Under the pieces are notes generated by a model. The model was not told the DNA's origin, made no database searches, and saw nothing but the letters and a program-made list of their open reading frames with translations. A stretch of 64,000 bases of DNA from Podarcis cretensis (Eukaryota): positions 70,866,001 through 70,930,000 of the forward strand of contig OX638151.1 in the NCBI GenBank assembly GCA_951804945.1, given 5' to 3'. The position numbers were made by a program, and so were the translations under genes. Of the stretch, positions 1-13,625 are shown one piece after another (the stretch's first letter is position 1; every line of letters begins with the position of its first letter).

Positions 1-682
1 TAGAATAAAACGTATCAGTCTTGATTATTATCATTCAGTAACAGTTGTAGAGCAATGCTGTATAGGTTAAGTCTGAATAACACACAATTCCAGGATTTTA
101 CTATGGTGCAGAAAATTTCATCCAGAATAGGACCATGCCCATAAGAAACATTGGCAGTCTGTTTTATTTCTTCAGGTAGAAAATCTTCATATTTCACCAG
201 AATAAGTCTTCTAGATCTCTTTAGAGGACAGACAAAATAAGTTAGGGCTGCAGAGATTTAGATGATCATTAACTAAGATTAAGGCGTTGGAGCTGGGCCA
301 CAGTACAGTAGACTCCTTCCCATTTCTCGCTCTAATTTTCCCACTCACTAATTCTTATAACAGTTATGTTTAAGGACTTATAAGCAGGTATAGGATTCAG
401 AATTGTTTACAGTGCACATATAATGAAGTTCATACCTTAATAAAAAGGATGTAGAACAGGGAGCCCATGGACTGGATGTGGTCAGCTGCTCCTCCTGATC
501 ACACCTGCAGCATTCCCTTTCCCCTACAGCAATCAGGATAGAACAGGCATGTCCAACAGGCAGTTTGTGATCTGGCAGTTTGTCCTGCACCCCCTCCAAA
601 ACAGGGCTTTCCTCCTCTCTAAAAAAAAGCTTAACAACTTTGACCTGAACCCCAAAAAGGGGGTAGAGTCTCTAACTCTGTA

Positions 683-907
683 CAGTGGTACCTCGGGTTA
701 AGTACTTAATTCGTTCCGAGGTCTGTTTTTAACCTGAAACTGTTCTTAACCTGAAGCACCACTTTAGCTAATGGGGCCTCCTGCTGCCGCCGCGCCGCCG
801 GAGCACGATTTCTGTTCTCATCCTGAAGCAAAGTTCTTAACCTGAAGCACTATTTCTGGGTTAGCGGAGTCTGTAACCTGAAGCATAAGTAACCTGAGGT
901 ACCACTG
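683..907. mobile_element. Tc1/mariner-pogo (Tigger-like) MITE
   Basis: TA|CAGTGGTACCTCGGGTTA ... TAACCTGAGGTACCACTG|TA: terminal inverted repeats and TA target duplication. A related copy lies at 21444-21685 in the opposite orientation. Confidence 0.85.
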
Positions 908-1365
908 TAAGTAGATCGCAGTCTCTTGGGAGTTGGTCACCCCTGGGATAGAACAAAGCCTTCTATAGGCAGTCGTGTATGAGGAGGCTCTTTTTGAGCT
1001 GCATGAGGAGGCTCTATGGAGCTGCAGTCTCCAAGGCAGATGCTTGGGGTGTGAAGAGTGAGAGTCTGCATGTGTGGTACATGCCCACATTTGTCTTGGC
1101 CCTCAGAAAAGAGGGAATGTGGCCAAAAAAATGTTCCCCATCCCTATCTTAATAGTTTCAAATATTGGGGTTAATGTTCTTCTTATCATCATCAGTTTAT
1201 TAATCACTTTCTATACAATTGTTTCAAGGTGATGTACAATAAAAACATGAGGCAGACATATATAAAGCAAAACAAAAACAATACAAAATAGACTCTAATG
1301 TTGGTACCATTTTAACCCTGTTAACCTGATAAGTTTTCAGCTCTGTTTCTAATAGGACTATGCTA

Positions 1366-1560
1366 AAAATAAATGTTGGTAGTCTGCCTTATACCAGGTT
1401 AGACTATTTCTTTGTCTAGCCTAGTATTGTCTACTCTGACTGGCAGTCTCTCTCCAGAGTTTCAGGTTGATAGTCTTTAACATTACCTGCTGCTCCCAAT
1501 CCCTTTTAACTGAAGAGACCAGAGAGTCATCCTGGGATTCTCTATGTGAAAAAAGTGTTT
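1366..1560 (-). mobile_element. Degraded Squam3-like SINE
   Basis: ctgccttatacc...actctgactggcag...ctcc..gtttcagg, similar to the 57031 copy. Confidence 0.5.
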
Positions 1561-3799
1561 TTGAAACCTCAGGTACGTTTGAAGTTCCAGACCATGTATT
1601 GCAAAAGATCATCTGTCTAGTAAGCTGCAATGCCATTATTTAGTAACATTAGGCTTTAAGATAGAACTTAGAAACTGGTCCACTCTTGAAATCCTTGTTA
1701 TTCTATAGTAATGTGAACTTACTCTTGTCTGAACAAGTGATTGTCATCAGTTTATAATGTGACTTCAGCATACTAGTTCATTTTTAAAGCTAGCTTATAA
1801 TGTTCCTCTCCTTTTGTCATTTTTTTAATAAGAAGCCCAGTACTCTGACTGTAGAAGTCAACTGTGCTCAGGACATAGTGAGATCATCATATTATCTTTT
1901 TTGCTTTCCCCCAAGTATTCTTGCATCAGAATTCTATATATTCCAAGTTAACACTGCAGTTTGTGTTAAGTGTTGGCTTCTCACTTGTGGAAGGTAATTT
2001 CTTTTTGCTAAATGCTTGTATCTGCTGGATCTTTCTAGAACATGTCTCAAATTATTCCAGAAGGTCCCCCATACCATGAGCAGTTTTTAGGGGGCTCCAA
2101 GGGTCTGCAGTAAGTACGGAGAATAAAAGAAAATCAGGTATCCTGCATTGCAAAAGTGCTTTCTGCTACTGCAGAGCCATCACTGAGTGTATCCCAATGA
2201 AGCTAAGTTATTACAAATAAATTTATACCTTTCTTTTGAAGAAGACTCACAAAGCCTTTGTTAATAAAAGTTATTTCCTATGGTATTGAAATACTATTAA
2301 TATTTTATAGATTAGTACATTGTTTTTCATGTTAATCTTCATATTATTATTTGCCATGAACAAGTTAGGTCCAGGATATCTTAATGACCACCTGCAAGAA
2401 ATTCAGAAAACAGAGTGCATAGAATAGGCAGCAGTTAGGTCACTCATCAGCTGTCATTTTCTGTTATAGAGCTGTATGGAAATGGTTTTTATAAAACCTT
2501 GTGTTTTGAAAGTGCCAGGGAAATGTGATATCCTTACAACAGAGTGTTACCTTGAGGAAATATTTTTTTCCATTCTGCGGCAAATGAATATCAACTGTAC
2601 ATTTGCTCCATTGTAATGGTGCTTTTAGATCTATGTCTATAGACTTCTGAAGAACACCAGGGTAGTTCTTCAATGAAATAAGTGATAAAGGGAAACAGCT
2701 GGAAGATAGCATGCCTCCCATTACCAACCTTTTCCTGCAGTGCGCAGTTAAAGGTCCCAGTTGAGTGTATCTCGGTTTGTGTTTGGTCACAGCTGGGCAC
2801 ATGAGTGGAGAGTGACCCTAACACAAGCCTTGGAAGTCTTTTTAATGCAGAGCTGTTTTTCCTCAGCTTATGATAATGAGAGTCAACCTGGTAGTCACAG
2901 TGAACCATTTTTAACTTCTGCCCAGAACTACATCTTGTGGTGAATCCATAGGTCATTCGTATGATATGTGAAAAAGTGCCTTTGTCCTGAACCTACTGCC
3001 AGTCAGCTTTATCGAATGACCCTCAGTTGTATTATGAACAAAGTGAACATTTTCTCAATGTTTGTTTTATTCATAATATTATAAGCCTCAGTAATGTATT
3101 TCCTTTGAAGTTGTATTCTGAATTTAAAAGAGCCAAACAAATGCTTTAACTAATATATACATAGAGTTAAAATAGGTTTCCCTTAGGCACATCACTTTAA
3201 ACTTTCAGGGTAAAAATAAAATAAAATATTCTTCAGCTGGTACTTACTTTACTGAAAAATGTGTGTTGGTAGGCTAGATAAGCTGCTTTCAGTTATTCTC
3301 TTCAGAGGATCCTGATGATAATAGCTGATTTCTAAAAATAAATTGGTTGAGACTGATGAATTTGATCCCTCATTGAGTATGACTGAGCACAGTGCTAGCT
3401 TCATCCATTGCAGTATCATCCAGCAGAGTGGTTCTAAGTAGTAAAGAGTCTGTTGTAGTCAGACTTAGAAGGAAGTGGATTGGATCCCTGGGTATTTGCT
3501 GTGATAAATTTGTTAAACACTTGGAAGAAAAAGTTGCTTGTATCCTATTGTCCCAACTATAGTGTCAAGTTGCAATATCTGTGGAGCTGTCCAGTGTACT
3601 GTCTGTTCAGGTATCTTGGAATCAGCTTTGGTTGGTGTTTTCTGAGGAAGTGGATGAGACGATTAAATCAGTGAATCCAACCAACTACAGGTGCTCTCAA
3701 CCCTTGCCTGTCATGGCACGTATCATCTCTGTGGGATAGATGTTTGGGGCATGGTACTATCATGGTTCTATTCCTACTTATAGAATAGGTTCCATAATG

Positions 3800-4740
3800 T
3801 AGTATTGACGAACTTCTGCTCTGCTCCATGACAAGCTGTGGGAGACCACAGGGTTCTATTCTGCCCCCTGTGCTATTTAACAACTTTATGAAGCCATTGA
3901 GAGAGGTCACTGGAGTTTTTGGAGCTGGTGTGCTGATTATGGTGTGCTGTATGATGGATGATAATACCCAGCTGTGTTTCTTAATGACATCTGAGTCAGG
4001 TGAGGTTGTGCAAGTACTGGATGTCTATAGCCATATGCCTGCCGTTATGGACTGGATGAGGTCCAGTAAACTGGAACTGCATCCTGACAAGATGGAGGCT
4101 CAGTGGATTGGTGTGTTTTGATTCCAGAAATTAGGTGATCAACTTGGTCTAGATGGGACTGCAATCCTGAAGGAACAAGAATGTAGGCTGGGAGTACTCT
4201 GTATTCAATCTTGCCACTCAAAGCTTAAGAGCTTTGGTGGCTTGGAGCAGTTTCGGCAAATTTTGACTGACCTGCCAGTTGACTGTTGCTAGACAGAAGC
4301 AGTCTAGTCATAAGGGTGTCTGCTTTTGTAACTTTGCAGTTAGATTACTGCAGTGTGCTCTACATGGGGCTGCTCTTGAAGATGACATAAAAGGGACAGG
4401 AGCCAGCAGCAAGATTGCCATTGGGAGTCTCTCATATAATCCATCTACGGCTGGTCATAAAGAAATTACATTGACTGCCAAATGCTTCCTGTCTGCTTTC
4501 AATGTGTTAATTTAGAGCGCTAAATGGCTTGGGACCTCAGTACTTGAAAGGTTGCCCCTCTCCATATATTTCTCCCTGAGAATTAACATTTGCTAGGTTG
4601 GATGGGGTACTCTCTTGTGCGCCCCTCCCCTGGAAGCTGTGGAGATGCAGGAGAGATCTTTTCTGTTGTGGTGCTCCAATTATGGAATCCCCGCCTTCCT
4701 GACACTGATATTGACTATAAATTGGCACAAATTAAAACCT
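3800..4740 (+). mobile_element. Degraded L2-type LINE 3' portion (reverse transcriptase remnant)
   Basis: ORF 3828..4121 reads CGRPQGSILPPVLFNNFMKPL...DDNTQL...WMRSSKLELHPDKME, matching the non-LTR RT motifs GVPQGSILSP and YADDTQL. Frameshifted downstream. Confidence 0.8.
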
Positions 4741-5980
4741 TACTTTTTTTTTGACTTTTGGGCCATTTTGAGAGTAGTTCAGCATTTGACCTGCTTGTGC
4801 GGTTTTTTGGTGTCAAGCATTTTAGACTTTGTATTGAATATAACTAGTGCTTTATGGTTTTTGAATTTCAAGGATTGTTTTATTGATTGTTTTACAGGTA
4901 TATTCCAACCTGAGATCAACTGCTAATAGAGCAAGTTAGAAATATTTTGACAAATAATGACACTGATGTTCTAAGCATATTAATAGCTTGAAGGTGATTA
5001 AAGAACATCAGTGCTGTCTTTTATTTCTTACTCTATTTCTGATGCATTGATTCTTCCAAATGTACCTTCCTTCTCTTGTTTGAATCAAATCAGTAACACA
5101 TCCATAGATAAAAAGTGATGGATCAAACTCTGTTTGTATGTAAGTTTATGTTCTAATTAAAAGTTTGTTGAAGTCTAGGAATTGAAGTTGACTTAAAAAT
5201 TGTATTTTAGAACAACTTTCAGCAATAATCAATATTAATGAGAAGTAAAGTTTACAATACACCCAATACACTTTCCCTCACTGGAATCAGTTATTGGCAA
5301 ATTATAATCTCCCAATTTTCATACGGAGCCTAGCACTTCTAAATGCATTACTTACTATACCCTGTAGTTCATGTGGTTGCCTTGGAAACCCTTAAGTTGA
5401 ATGGTAGGATGAAAAAATATTTTAAAATAATACAGTTTTAACCATCTTAGTGATTCCTGTAGTGAAATGTGCACATAAATCTTGTTAAATCTGTCCAATC
5501 TTTCTCCCCCATTTAGTTCAGAGGAGATCAGTTTTGCTAAACAGTTGTAAGCAACAAGTCAGTTTTTAGCATTTGACTTCCTGTTGGCAAATTGTACATC
5601 TAGACTGTATGTTTGCGCAAGATGGCAATTATATCAGCAAGACTTGCTCAGTCATTATTGTTTGCAATTGGCGGAGTGTCTTTTCTAAGCTCTTACAGCT
5701 ATGAAAGAGTAATCAACATAAAAGAAAATAGTGATCATGAATTATAACACACCACTGTTTAGACTACTATAGCCTTTCGTTTCTTGCAGTGATAAATTGT
5801 AAATGTGTTATGCTACAGTTTAACAATGCCTAGTGTACTTGGGGGTTGGTGTTCCACCCACTCACACCCTTCAGCAATAACCATAAAATCAATAAACAGT
5901 TAAGGTAAAGGCTATTACATTCCTCCAGGCTTTCCTAAAGCACAGTAAGGTGTAGGGTAATCCACTACTATTTTGTAGAC

Positions 5981-6115
5981 CAGGCTTCCTCAAACTCGGC
6001 CCTCCAGCTGTTTTTGGCCTACAACTCCCATGATCCCTAGCTAGCAGGACCGTGGTCAGGAATAATGGGAATTGTAGTCTCAAAACATTTGGAGGGCCGA
6101 ATTTGAGGAAGCCTG
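5981..6115. mobile_element. hAT (Charlie/MER5-like) palindromic MITE
   Basis: TIR CAGGCTTCCTCAAA...TTTGAGGAAGCCTG and a perfect 8-bp TSD TTGTAGAC (5973-5980, 6116-6123). Confidence 0.9.
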
Positions 6116-6880
6116 TTGTAGACTGACATACCAGTAAGAATAAACAAGCAGGAAACAATTTACTGTTAGCTGTGTTAAAAGATCACAGGATATTAACTGA
6201 ATCATATATTTGTATGCTGTTAATGCCCAGTTGAATGTTAAGGCTTACTAGATAAACTAAAAGGCCTCTGATATTAAACAATTTACATAGCAGAAAGCAA
6301 AAGCGAATTCCCAGCTAGAGGTCTTTCATTGCTGAAACACATTAATCAGGTAGAGGTTATGCTAAATCTTTAACTGTCATTAACCTTAGAATTTTACCAT
6401 TCTAACTGTTAGAATATGATTTGCCAAACTTGCTTGGAACTTGAGCACAAACATTCTTTTTCTCTTTCAGTATGTAATATATTTCTGATTGGTTGTGCCA
6501 AACATTCCATATATGTTATGACTCAGTAGGTCTGTTCCTTAATATCATTGTGTATAAATGACCACCATTCCTGTATGACAGGATTTTAACATGTTATTAA
6601 AGGGTGGAATCTTCTCACTTTTTCAGTTTATTCCACAATATTCTGTTTCCGTTATTGATCAATCAGTCTGATTCAATCTGTGTTTAGGATTCAAGCTTGC
6701 ACAGATTGAAAAAACTTCTTCTTAAGCGGTTTTGTGACTATGTAAATAAACCTGTGTTATTTCTTTGGTTTAAAAGCTGGTGATTTACACTAATTTGAAG
6801 GACAGAAAACATCCAGAGTCAAAATATCTTTTTCTATAGACCTTTTGATCATGTGGATTATTGAATAACTTATGTTTCAG

Positions 6881-7045
6881 GCACAGCTAGTGGACATGAA
6901 ATCAGAACTGATAGAAACACGGGCTGAAAAAGCAGTATTAGAAAAAGAGGTGCACGATCAACTATTACAACTCCATGCCATCCAGCTTCAACTCCATGCA
7001 AAAACTGGTCAGAGTGTTGACTCGGGGACAATAAAAGCAAAGTTG
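6881..7045 (+). CDS. GOPC: GOPC coding exon 2 ([10 protein letters not shown]...GTIKAKL), coiled coil
   Basis: tttcag|GCACAG...AAGTTG|gtgagt, 165 nt, phase 0/0; lies within ORF 6872..7123. Confidence 0.96.
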
Positions 7046-7103
7046 GTGAGTACTAGTAACAGGAAGGACCTATTTTTTACAGCAGAATTGTTACTCCAAA
7101 CTA

Positions 7104-7271
7104 CTGTATTTACTCGAGTCTAACGCGCCATCAAAACTAATGTACACCTCAATTTTCAGAACCTTTAAACCAAAAAAAGTATTTGCTGGTGAATGTAAAT
7201 TGAGCCATCAAATCGAATTTTCCCAATGTAATTTGGCCAAAAAGGTAAGCATTAGATTAGAATAAATACAG
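7104..7271. mobile_element. Tc2/pogo-like MITE (diverged)
   Basis: TA|CTGTATTTACTCGAGTCTAA ... TTAGATTAGAATAAATACAG|TA. Confidence 0.65.
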
Positions 7272-9117
7272 TATTTTATTTGTATGCATGTGTGCTCATA
7301 GAATTCATCTTCTGTCTTTCTGTATTATCTAGGAAGCAGTTTATCTAGTTTATGTGAATGTCACTTGCCATGGTTAGGCTTGCTACCTAAGAGACTGTTA
7401 AATCTATTAGCTAGAGATGTAAAATGAAGTGGAGTCCGTCCGTCCCCCATCAGCCCAATTTGGCCTGCCAAGACTATCTAGTTGACCTGCCAAGCCATCT
7501 TCCCTACACTGGGCATCACATATGAAATCATATGTGGAACACATAAAGGCAGTGCTTGACCAAAAGGGGCTTTGCAGGGACTGTATGCCTTGTGACCTGT
7601 TATGCAAGTGTCTGACAAGCTGCTGGTTGTTGGATCCTTCCGAAGCATTGTACAAAGTGCCTGAGAAGTGCTGAGAACAGGGATTACAAAGCGCTTCGTG
7701 AATCACTTCCCAAAGGCCCAACAATCGTTTTGGGAATTGGGGAAGTGCTGTGCGAATCTTTTTCCAAGACCTGTTCTCAGCGCTTCCCTAGCACAAGGCA
7801 ACCAGCTGATAGCCAGGTGTTGGGGAAGTGCTGAGCTTTGACAGGTATCGCTCAACTGATGTCATTATGATGTCAGTTGATGACTAATGAGTAGCTCTGA
7901 CCACCCCATTGGGGTGGAGGAGATAGAGAACTGGCCCACTGGGCCAAAAAGATTCCCCACCCCTGATGTAGAGGATTCCACTGTCATAGTTAGAAGTTTT
8001 TAGAGGAGGATTTTTGCATCTCCTATTTTTGTGGATTGAATTCAGTATTATGGAATTGAGGCGTGCAAGTAGCACACATTTGGATAAGAGCTTTCTAAGT
8101 GCTTGTCCAGTTATAGTAGCACGTCATGTATTTAATGAACTATCTAGTCAGTCGAATTCCAGTGTGCTAGGGGCTGCATGAGATTTTATTCATGGCTAGA
8201 GTCAACAAAATTTGGGCTACTGTATCTTAGCCTTTTATTCACAGACACTTAGAATTAAGAACTGTGAAATAGGTTTTGTGAACCCAAAGTCCTTTCCCCT
8301 TTATAGGAACACATATATACCTAGCAAGTTACAATTTGAAACCAAGGGGTGTTTCAAAAGCACCATAAGGACATTAGAGCCCTGCTGAATCAGACCAAAA
8401 GCCTATCTGGTCCAACATGCTATTCCCACACAGTGGTTGGCTAAAGAAATCAAAAGTTCGAGTGGGCTAGTACAGGTCTTATAAATGGACCTGAGTAGCA
8501 ATCTGAATTCCAGACATACATTTGAAGTGATTGATTATGTGATTTAAAATCAGATGGTCAATCAAAAGTATAAATCTTCATTTTGCCAAGAAACAAATAT
8601 CAGTAACTTTTTGAGGGTATTGTAGGAAATGCTTAGTTTATGTAAAAGGTGTGATAACGTACAAAATCTGCTCATTGTTAGCTGGAAAGGCATACTTGTT
8701 TTTCAGTTCCTGCTAGTTCTTGTTCAAACCATATCAGATGATGACTGTGCCCATGAAAAAGAAGGAAGAGGAACTGAAAAAAGATCATATCCAGACCAGT
8801 CTTCTTTTAAAATTTGCCCCACCAGTATTCACATCTCTTTTTTAAAAAAGAATGCTTGTTGCAGTGCAGGCTTCAATTATTTGCTAGTAAAATCACAGTT
8901 TCTATTTATTTGGAGATATTTCCCCATTTCACAGTGTGAGAGAAATTCAATTTTCAATGAGCAAGTATTTATAGTAATTGTCTTCTTTGTAACCATGGAT
9001 CATACAATTTGATTACTGCTTAGACTGAGAATCTTGTCGATGTATGGCCCTATAATTTTGATTATTATTTTTTGGCCAGTATTTCTAATTACTAAACTTT
9101 TTTTCTCTCATCCTAAG

Positions 9118-9141
9118 TCTGCCCCTTCTGTGGAGGATATG
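9118..9141 (+). CDS. GOPC: GOPC alternative 24-nt microexon (SAPSVEDM), nPIST-type insert
   Basis: Branch-like actaaac, a pyrimidine tract, then cctaag|TCTGCCCCTTCTGTGGAGGATATG|gtaagt. Frame-preserving and homologous to mammalian SGPSVEEL. Confidence 0.9.
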
Positions 9142-10713
9142 GTAAGTTCACTGGCTGTCTTCATCTGTGTTTAATTCAAAGCAGTGCAGTAGTTTTCTGC
9201 AGAGCTGCGCATATTAGCCTGGAGAGTTAGTGCCAGTGAATGTCTGCTAGATTCTTTCCTTTCCACAGTTTCTTAGAAAAGTCCTTGTTTATGTTCAGTA
9301 TTCTTTTTAGATTTGATGCTCTTTTCCACTCAACATGCATGTCTGTATTGCTGCTGTTGATTGCTATGACTAATGTGGGAATTTTGAAGTAAAGCTTGGA
9401 ATTGAGTCTAAATGTAGCAGGTTATTAAAGACTGACTTTGATCGCAATCCAGAGATCCAAGCAACTAACTCTGTGATGCACTCAGGCTTTGAACAAAATC
9501 AGCTGTGATATGGCATGGCAGTCAGCTGTTCAAGAACCAAAACATCACACAAAGTGCAGTGAAACCTAAAATGTTTGTCTGTTTTTTTTGTCCAGAATCC
9601 ACAGTGTTTTAAGAATACTTATATGTCCTGTAAAACAGCATGTTTTTTTAAAAAAATTGTCACCTGATGGTATATTTATGTAGCATTCTATTCCTACCTA
9701 CCCTTCAGTGGTTGCATTCCAAAAGCCAATGGCATGATGGCATATTGGCATATTTTTGCCCAGGCTGCCATGATATATGTGCAGAAATTAAAAATGAAAA
9801 TAGTTCATGAACTTAACTTGCAATTCTTAAACTTATAGATACTTAGAAACCTTTATAAATCCTATTGGAATATAGACAAGAAATTGTGAGGTTCAGTGTG
9901 GATTTTCTAGTATATTTCAATTTTAAACAGGAAAACTTCATTTCTCAATTCCTGTACCTTTCTGTAGTGTAAACATTGGGTGATATCCACTCTGTCCATT
10001 AGGAATGAGGAGGATAGAGAGGGAATACATTCTCTCTTTACTTTCTCTACTACACTATTCATATTTATTAAAGTTTTCTCGTGCTTTGTCCCCTTCCCTA
10101 CCTTTTTTCCTAAATAAAAAGCCCCAGTTCCTTAAGTCTTATCTCTGTGTTGTTCCCTGGCAATTAAATATGCCTTTGAACAGCAGCGCTGGGTATCATG
10201 TTTGTGTGTTTAAAAAACCACTTATTTTTAAAGAAGCTTATTTTATTTTCATCAGTTCATTTAACATGCTTGCCATATGTCTTAAATATACATAATTTTA
10301 GCCAACTAGTTGCCTTTCTTCTTCATATTTGCAATTCTTTTAATAAGCAGTGCCATGCTGTATTATCCTAAATTAGCTCCTGTGTCATAAAAACAGTTTC
10401 ACATTATGATAGCTCAATTGTAGTTAGTTCTTCTTGAACAAATGTAGTTTTCCAGACTTGTCCCTCAAATTGCCTTCTGATGCAGTTAGATACGTAAAAC
10501 ATTAAGATTTGTAAAATGCTTTGTGGCATGAATATTTTTCTACTCACTTGCAATACCGTTGTAAATGTGTACATGCAGATTGTATCTAAATGTTGTGTGT
10601 CATGGTTTTTTCTGTGAAATTAAAGGTTAGACTAAAGATGCTTGCAGTTTTCATATCCACATAATAGGAATGTTTAGCTTGTGGCTAAAATAACCAGGGT
10701 TTTACTTCGCCAG

Positions 10714-10889
10714 GAGAGAGAACTTGAAGCCAACAAGAAAGAAAAGGTGAAAGAAGCTCAACTTGAAGCTGAAGTGAAGCTACTTCGGAAGGAAAATGAG
10801 GCACTTCGTCGACACATAGCTGTGCTCCAGGCTGAAGTATATGGGGCAAGACTCGCAGCCAAATATTTAGATAAAGAGCTAGCTGGAAG
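10714..10889 (+). CDS. GOPC: GOPC coding exon 4 ([11 protein letters not shown]...DKELAGR)
   Basis: cgccag|GAGAGA...GGAAG|gtgtgt, 176 nt; within ORF 10681..10908. Confidence 0.96.
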
Positions 10890-11829
10890 GTGTGTAAAAA
10901 TTCAGTAGCTTGCGATGGACATTTGGGACAGAATTGTTGTTTAGGAGTTGGCATGCCTGATCTCAGGGTACTTGTGTGGACCATATGGGGGATGTGGAAG
11001 AGTAGAATATAAGAGCTTATCAGGATAGTGCTGAACTGCTATCCAAACTATCTGTAGTGGGAGAAGATAAGGACCGGGATTCACAAGGTCAGACTTGGGT
11101 TGCTTCCAAACATGGGCAATTTAGCATTCTGCAATCATTCTAGTTCTGCTTCAAGGTGGAAGTGGAATAGCAATTCTGCTTCCCAGATTCTAACTTTATG
11201 TAGTAAAGTGGACAATTCCCCTTTCCTGAGCTTGAAACATTGGAAGGGGGTTATTTTCATTGGGACCTGCATGTGTGGTTTAAATACTCCCTCCTCACTG
11301 CACTCCTGATCATGAATACAGCGGGAAGGGGGAAGAAACAGATACAGAGACAGTGCTATCTGAACCAAGGTTTTAAGTGATTGACTTGATTCCTGGAGAA
11401 GAAAAATTGATCATGTAGAAGGAAGAGCAGTTTAACCGGCCAGAGTGGCAGTTAGGCCACCTATACCTGGGAAAATTGCACAGCTCAGCCATAGAGGGAT
11501 TTTTTAGCTCTCGAAAAAGTCTGCAGCTGAACAGGTAAAATGTGAGGGGGATGTTTTACTCATGACATTATGCAAATACTCCTTAAAAAGTGAGTGAACA
11601 AAGCATGTCTATTCCACAGTAAATGCCAAATGTGGAAGCAGCCTTAAGCTTGGCTATGAAAGAGCATGGTACAGCACCCTCCCCACTTTCTTTCCCTATT
11701 ATTGCAGTGACTGTGAAGCCATTTGATTACCTCTTTATTGGACTTGAGAACACGGCACCGAGAGAGCAAATCAAAGAGTAGTTTGAACCTCTCACTTCAT
11801 ACATATCATGTTCTTTTCTCATTATGTAG

Positions 11830-11995
11830 GGTTCAGCAAATTCAGTTACTAGGCAGAGATATGAAAGGACCTGCTCATGATAAACTCTGGAACCAGCTGG
11901 AAGCTGAAATCCATCTGCACCGGCATAAAACTGTGATCAGGGCATGTCGTGGTCGTAATGATCTAAAGCGACCCATGCAAGTACCCCCAGGACAT
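11830..11995 (+). CDS. GOPC: GOPC coding exon 5 ([10 protein letters not shown]...QVPPGH)
   Basis: atgtag|GGTTCAG...GGACAT|gtaagc, 166 nt. Confidence 0.96.
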
Positions 11996-12261
11996 GTAAG
12001 CTTCTTGTTTTCAACATTTGTCAATATAATGTTTGTACCTTTAAATGTATGCCGACATTGGATATATTAATATATCTGTTGCCATTCAAAACTGAAATTC
12101 TTATTATGGCTCAGATCAATGGGGCAGAAAAAAGGAATTTCATTTTTTGTAGATTAAATTACAACACTGTTTTATCACAGTGCGTGTAAAGAGTGCATTT
12201 TTCTTTTTTTTTTCTAACTCGCCTCAATAGTCAAGGGGAAGAAATGTTAAAATTGTACATA

Positions 12262-12481
12262 CAGTCGTACCTTGGTTGTCGAACACCCTGGAACTCAAGA
12301 TGTTTTGGCTTCTGAATGCCGCAAACCCAAAAGTGATTGTTCCGGTTTGCAAACGTTCTTTTGGAACCTGAACGTCCAATGGGGCTTCCACAGCTTCAGA
12401 AGCTGTGATTTGGTTTTCAAATATTTTGGAAATCAAACGGATTTCTGGAACGGATCCCATTTGACTTCCAAGATACAACTG
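12262..12481. mobile_element. Tigger-like MITE (diverged)
   Basis: TA|CAGTCGTACCTTGG ... CCAAGATACAACTG|TA. Confidence 0.75.
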
Positions 12482-13529
12482 TATATGAAACTTAAGGAAT
12501 AATTACAATATTCTGTATTGGGATTTGGACTAAGTGAATCCTAGTTAGTGACATAGGCTGCAGTCATTACTTTATTTACCTGGGAGTAATCCTTCTTGAA
12601 GTCAATAGGACTTATCTCTGAGTAAACACAGTTAAGATTGTGCTGTAAATAAAAAAAAAGGTATTCAATATTGAAAGGGTTCACAGCATTTACATCCACA
12701 GCACCCTTAATTTATAGATGTGAGAATCTTATTAGGCATTCTGCTTTTAAATTCTGAAGCTCAGGATAGTCCATTTGAGCTTTGCAATAACCCTTGTAAG
12801 TAGGCTGGGCTAAGATTTAGTGTCTGGAATATAATAAGCATGTGAGCTTCATGACTGAGTGGTGATTTGAACTTTGGTCCTTCCTGTCCCAGCCTGTCCT
12901 CTGCACTGCATACTGAGTCTTCCAAGCTCTTGAACATACAACCTGTTGCTCAGAGGTGGTCAAACACATGGGGTTTATAGTGCTGGCACAAAGGAATGCA
13001 TTGCTTTTTTGTTTACAACCTTTCAGGCCCTAAACTGGGCCCCCAAAACAACCTAAAAAACTTTCAGTTAAAAAACACTTGTGGTGCTGGAAGTTATAAG
13101 GCCTGTTGCTCTGGTACTGTGGAAAGGGGAAGTGAGGGTGGTGGGACTTCTTCCAGCCTCTTAAACCCCATCAAAATGGAAGTTTGTAACCATCAACTTC
13201 TGGAACATTGCTGTGACTTCCAGAACTGTAACAAGGGTTTTCTCTAACTGCTTTTTAGTGCCCAAAATTTGTTTAATTCTGCTTATCTTGAAGCCAGTGT
13301 AGGAAAAACCTTTGCTTGTGCCACATCAACTCGGATCTTGGATAGGGCTGAGGTGCATGTGTTTTCCTTTCTAAAGTAATCTTTAGAAAGGTGATTTTCT
13401 TATAGCAGCAATGTCTATAGTATTCTGAATTTAGAGATTATTTTGTCTGTAGTGATAGTAGTGTCCTGTGAATCTCTGGAAAACTTTGAAAAAGCATTGT
13501 CATAGCTGTTTTTTGTTTTTTTAAACTAG

Positions 13530-13625
13530 GATCCAGATTCTTTAAAGAAGAGTCAAGGTGTTGGTCCCATAAGGAAAGTTCTATTGGTTAAAGAAGATCA
13601 CGAAGGACTGGGCATTTCAATTACC
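13530..13625 (+). CDS. GOPC: GOPC coding exon 6 ([32 protein letters not shown]), start of PDZ domain
   Basis: aactag|GATCCA...ATTACC|gtaata, 96 nt. Contains the GLGI carboxylate-binding loop. Not in the ORF track; translated by hand. Confidence 0.95.

Noticed and set aside
3828-4121. Reverse-transcriptase-like ORF as a functional or domesticated gene
   Set aside because: It is short, the YADD motif is mutated, and it is followed by stops and frameshifts: a decayed LINE.
1-6880. Search for GOPC exon 1
   Set aside because: There is no CpG island or N-terminal GOPC peptide here; the region is intron 1.
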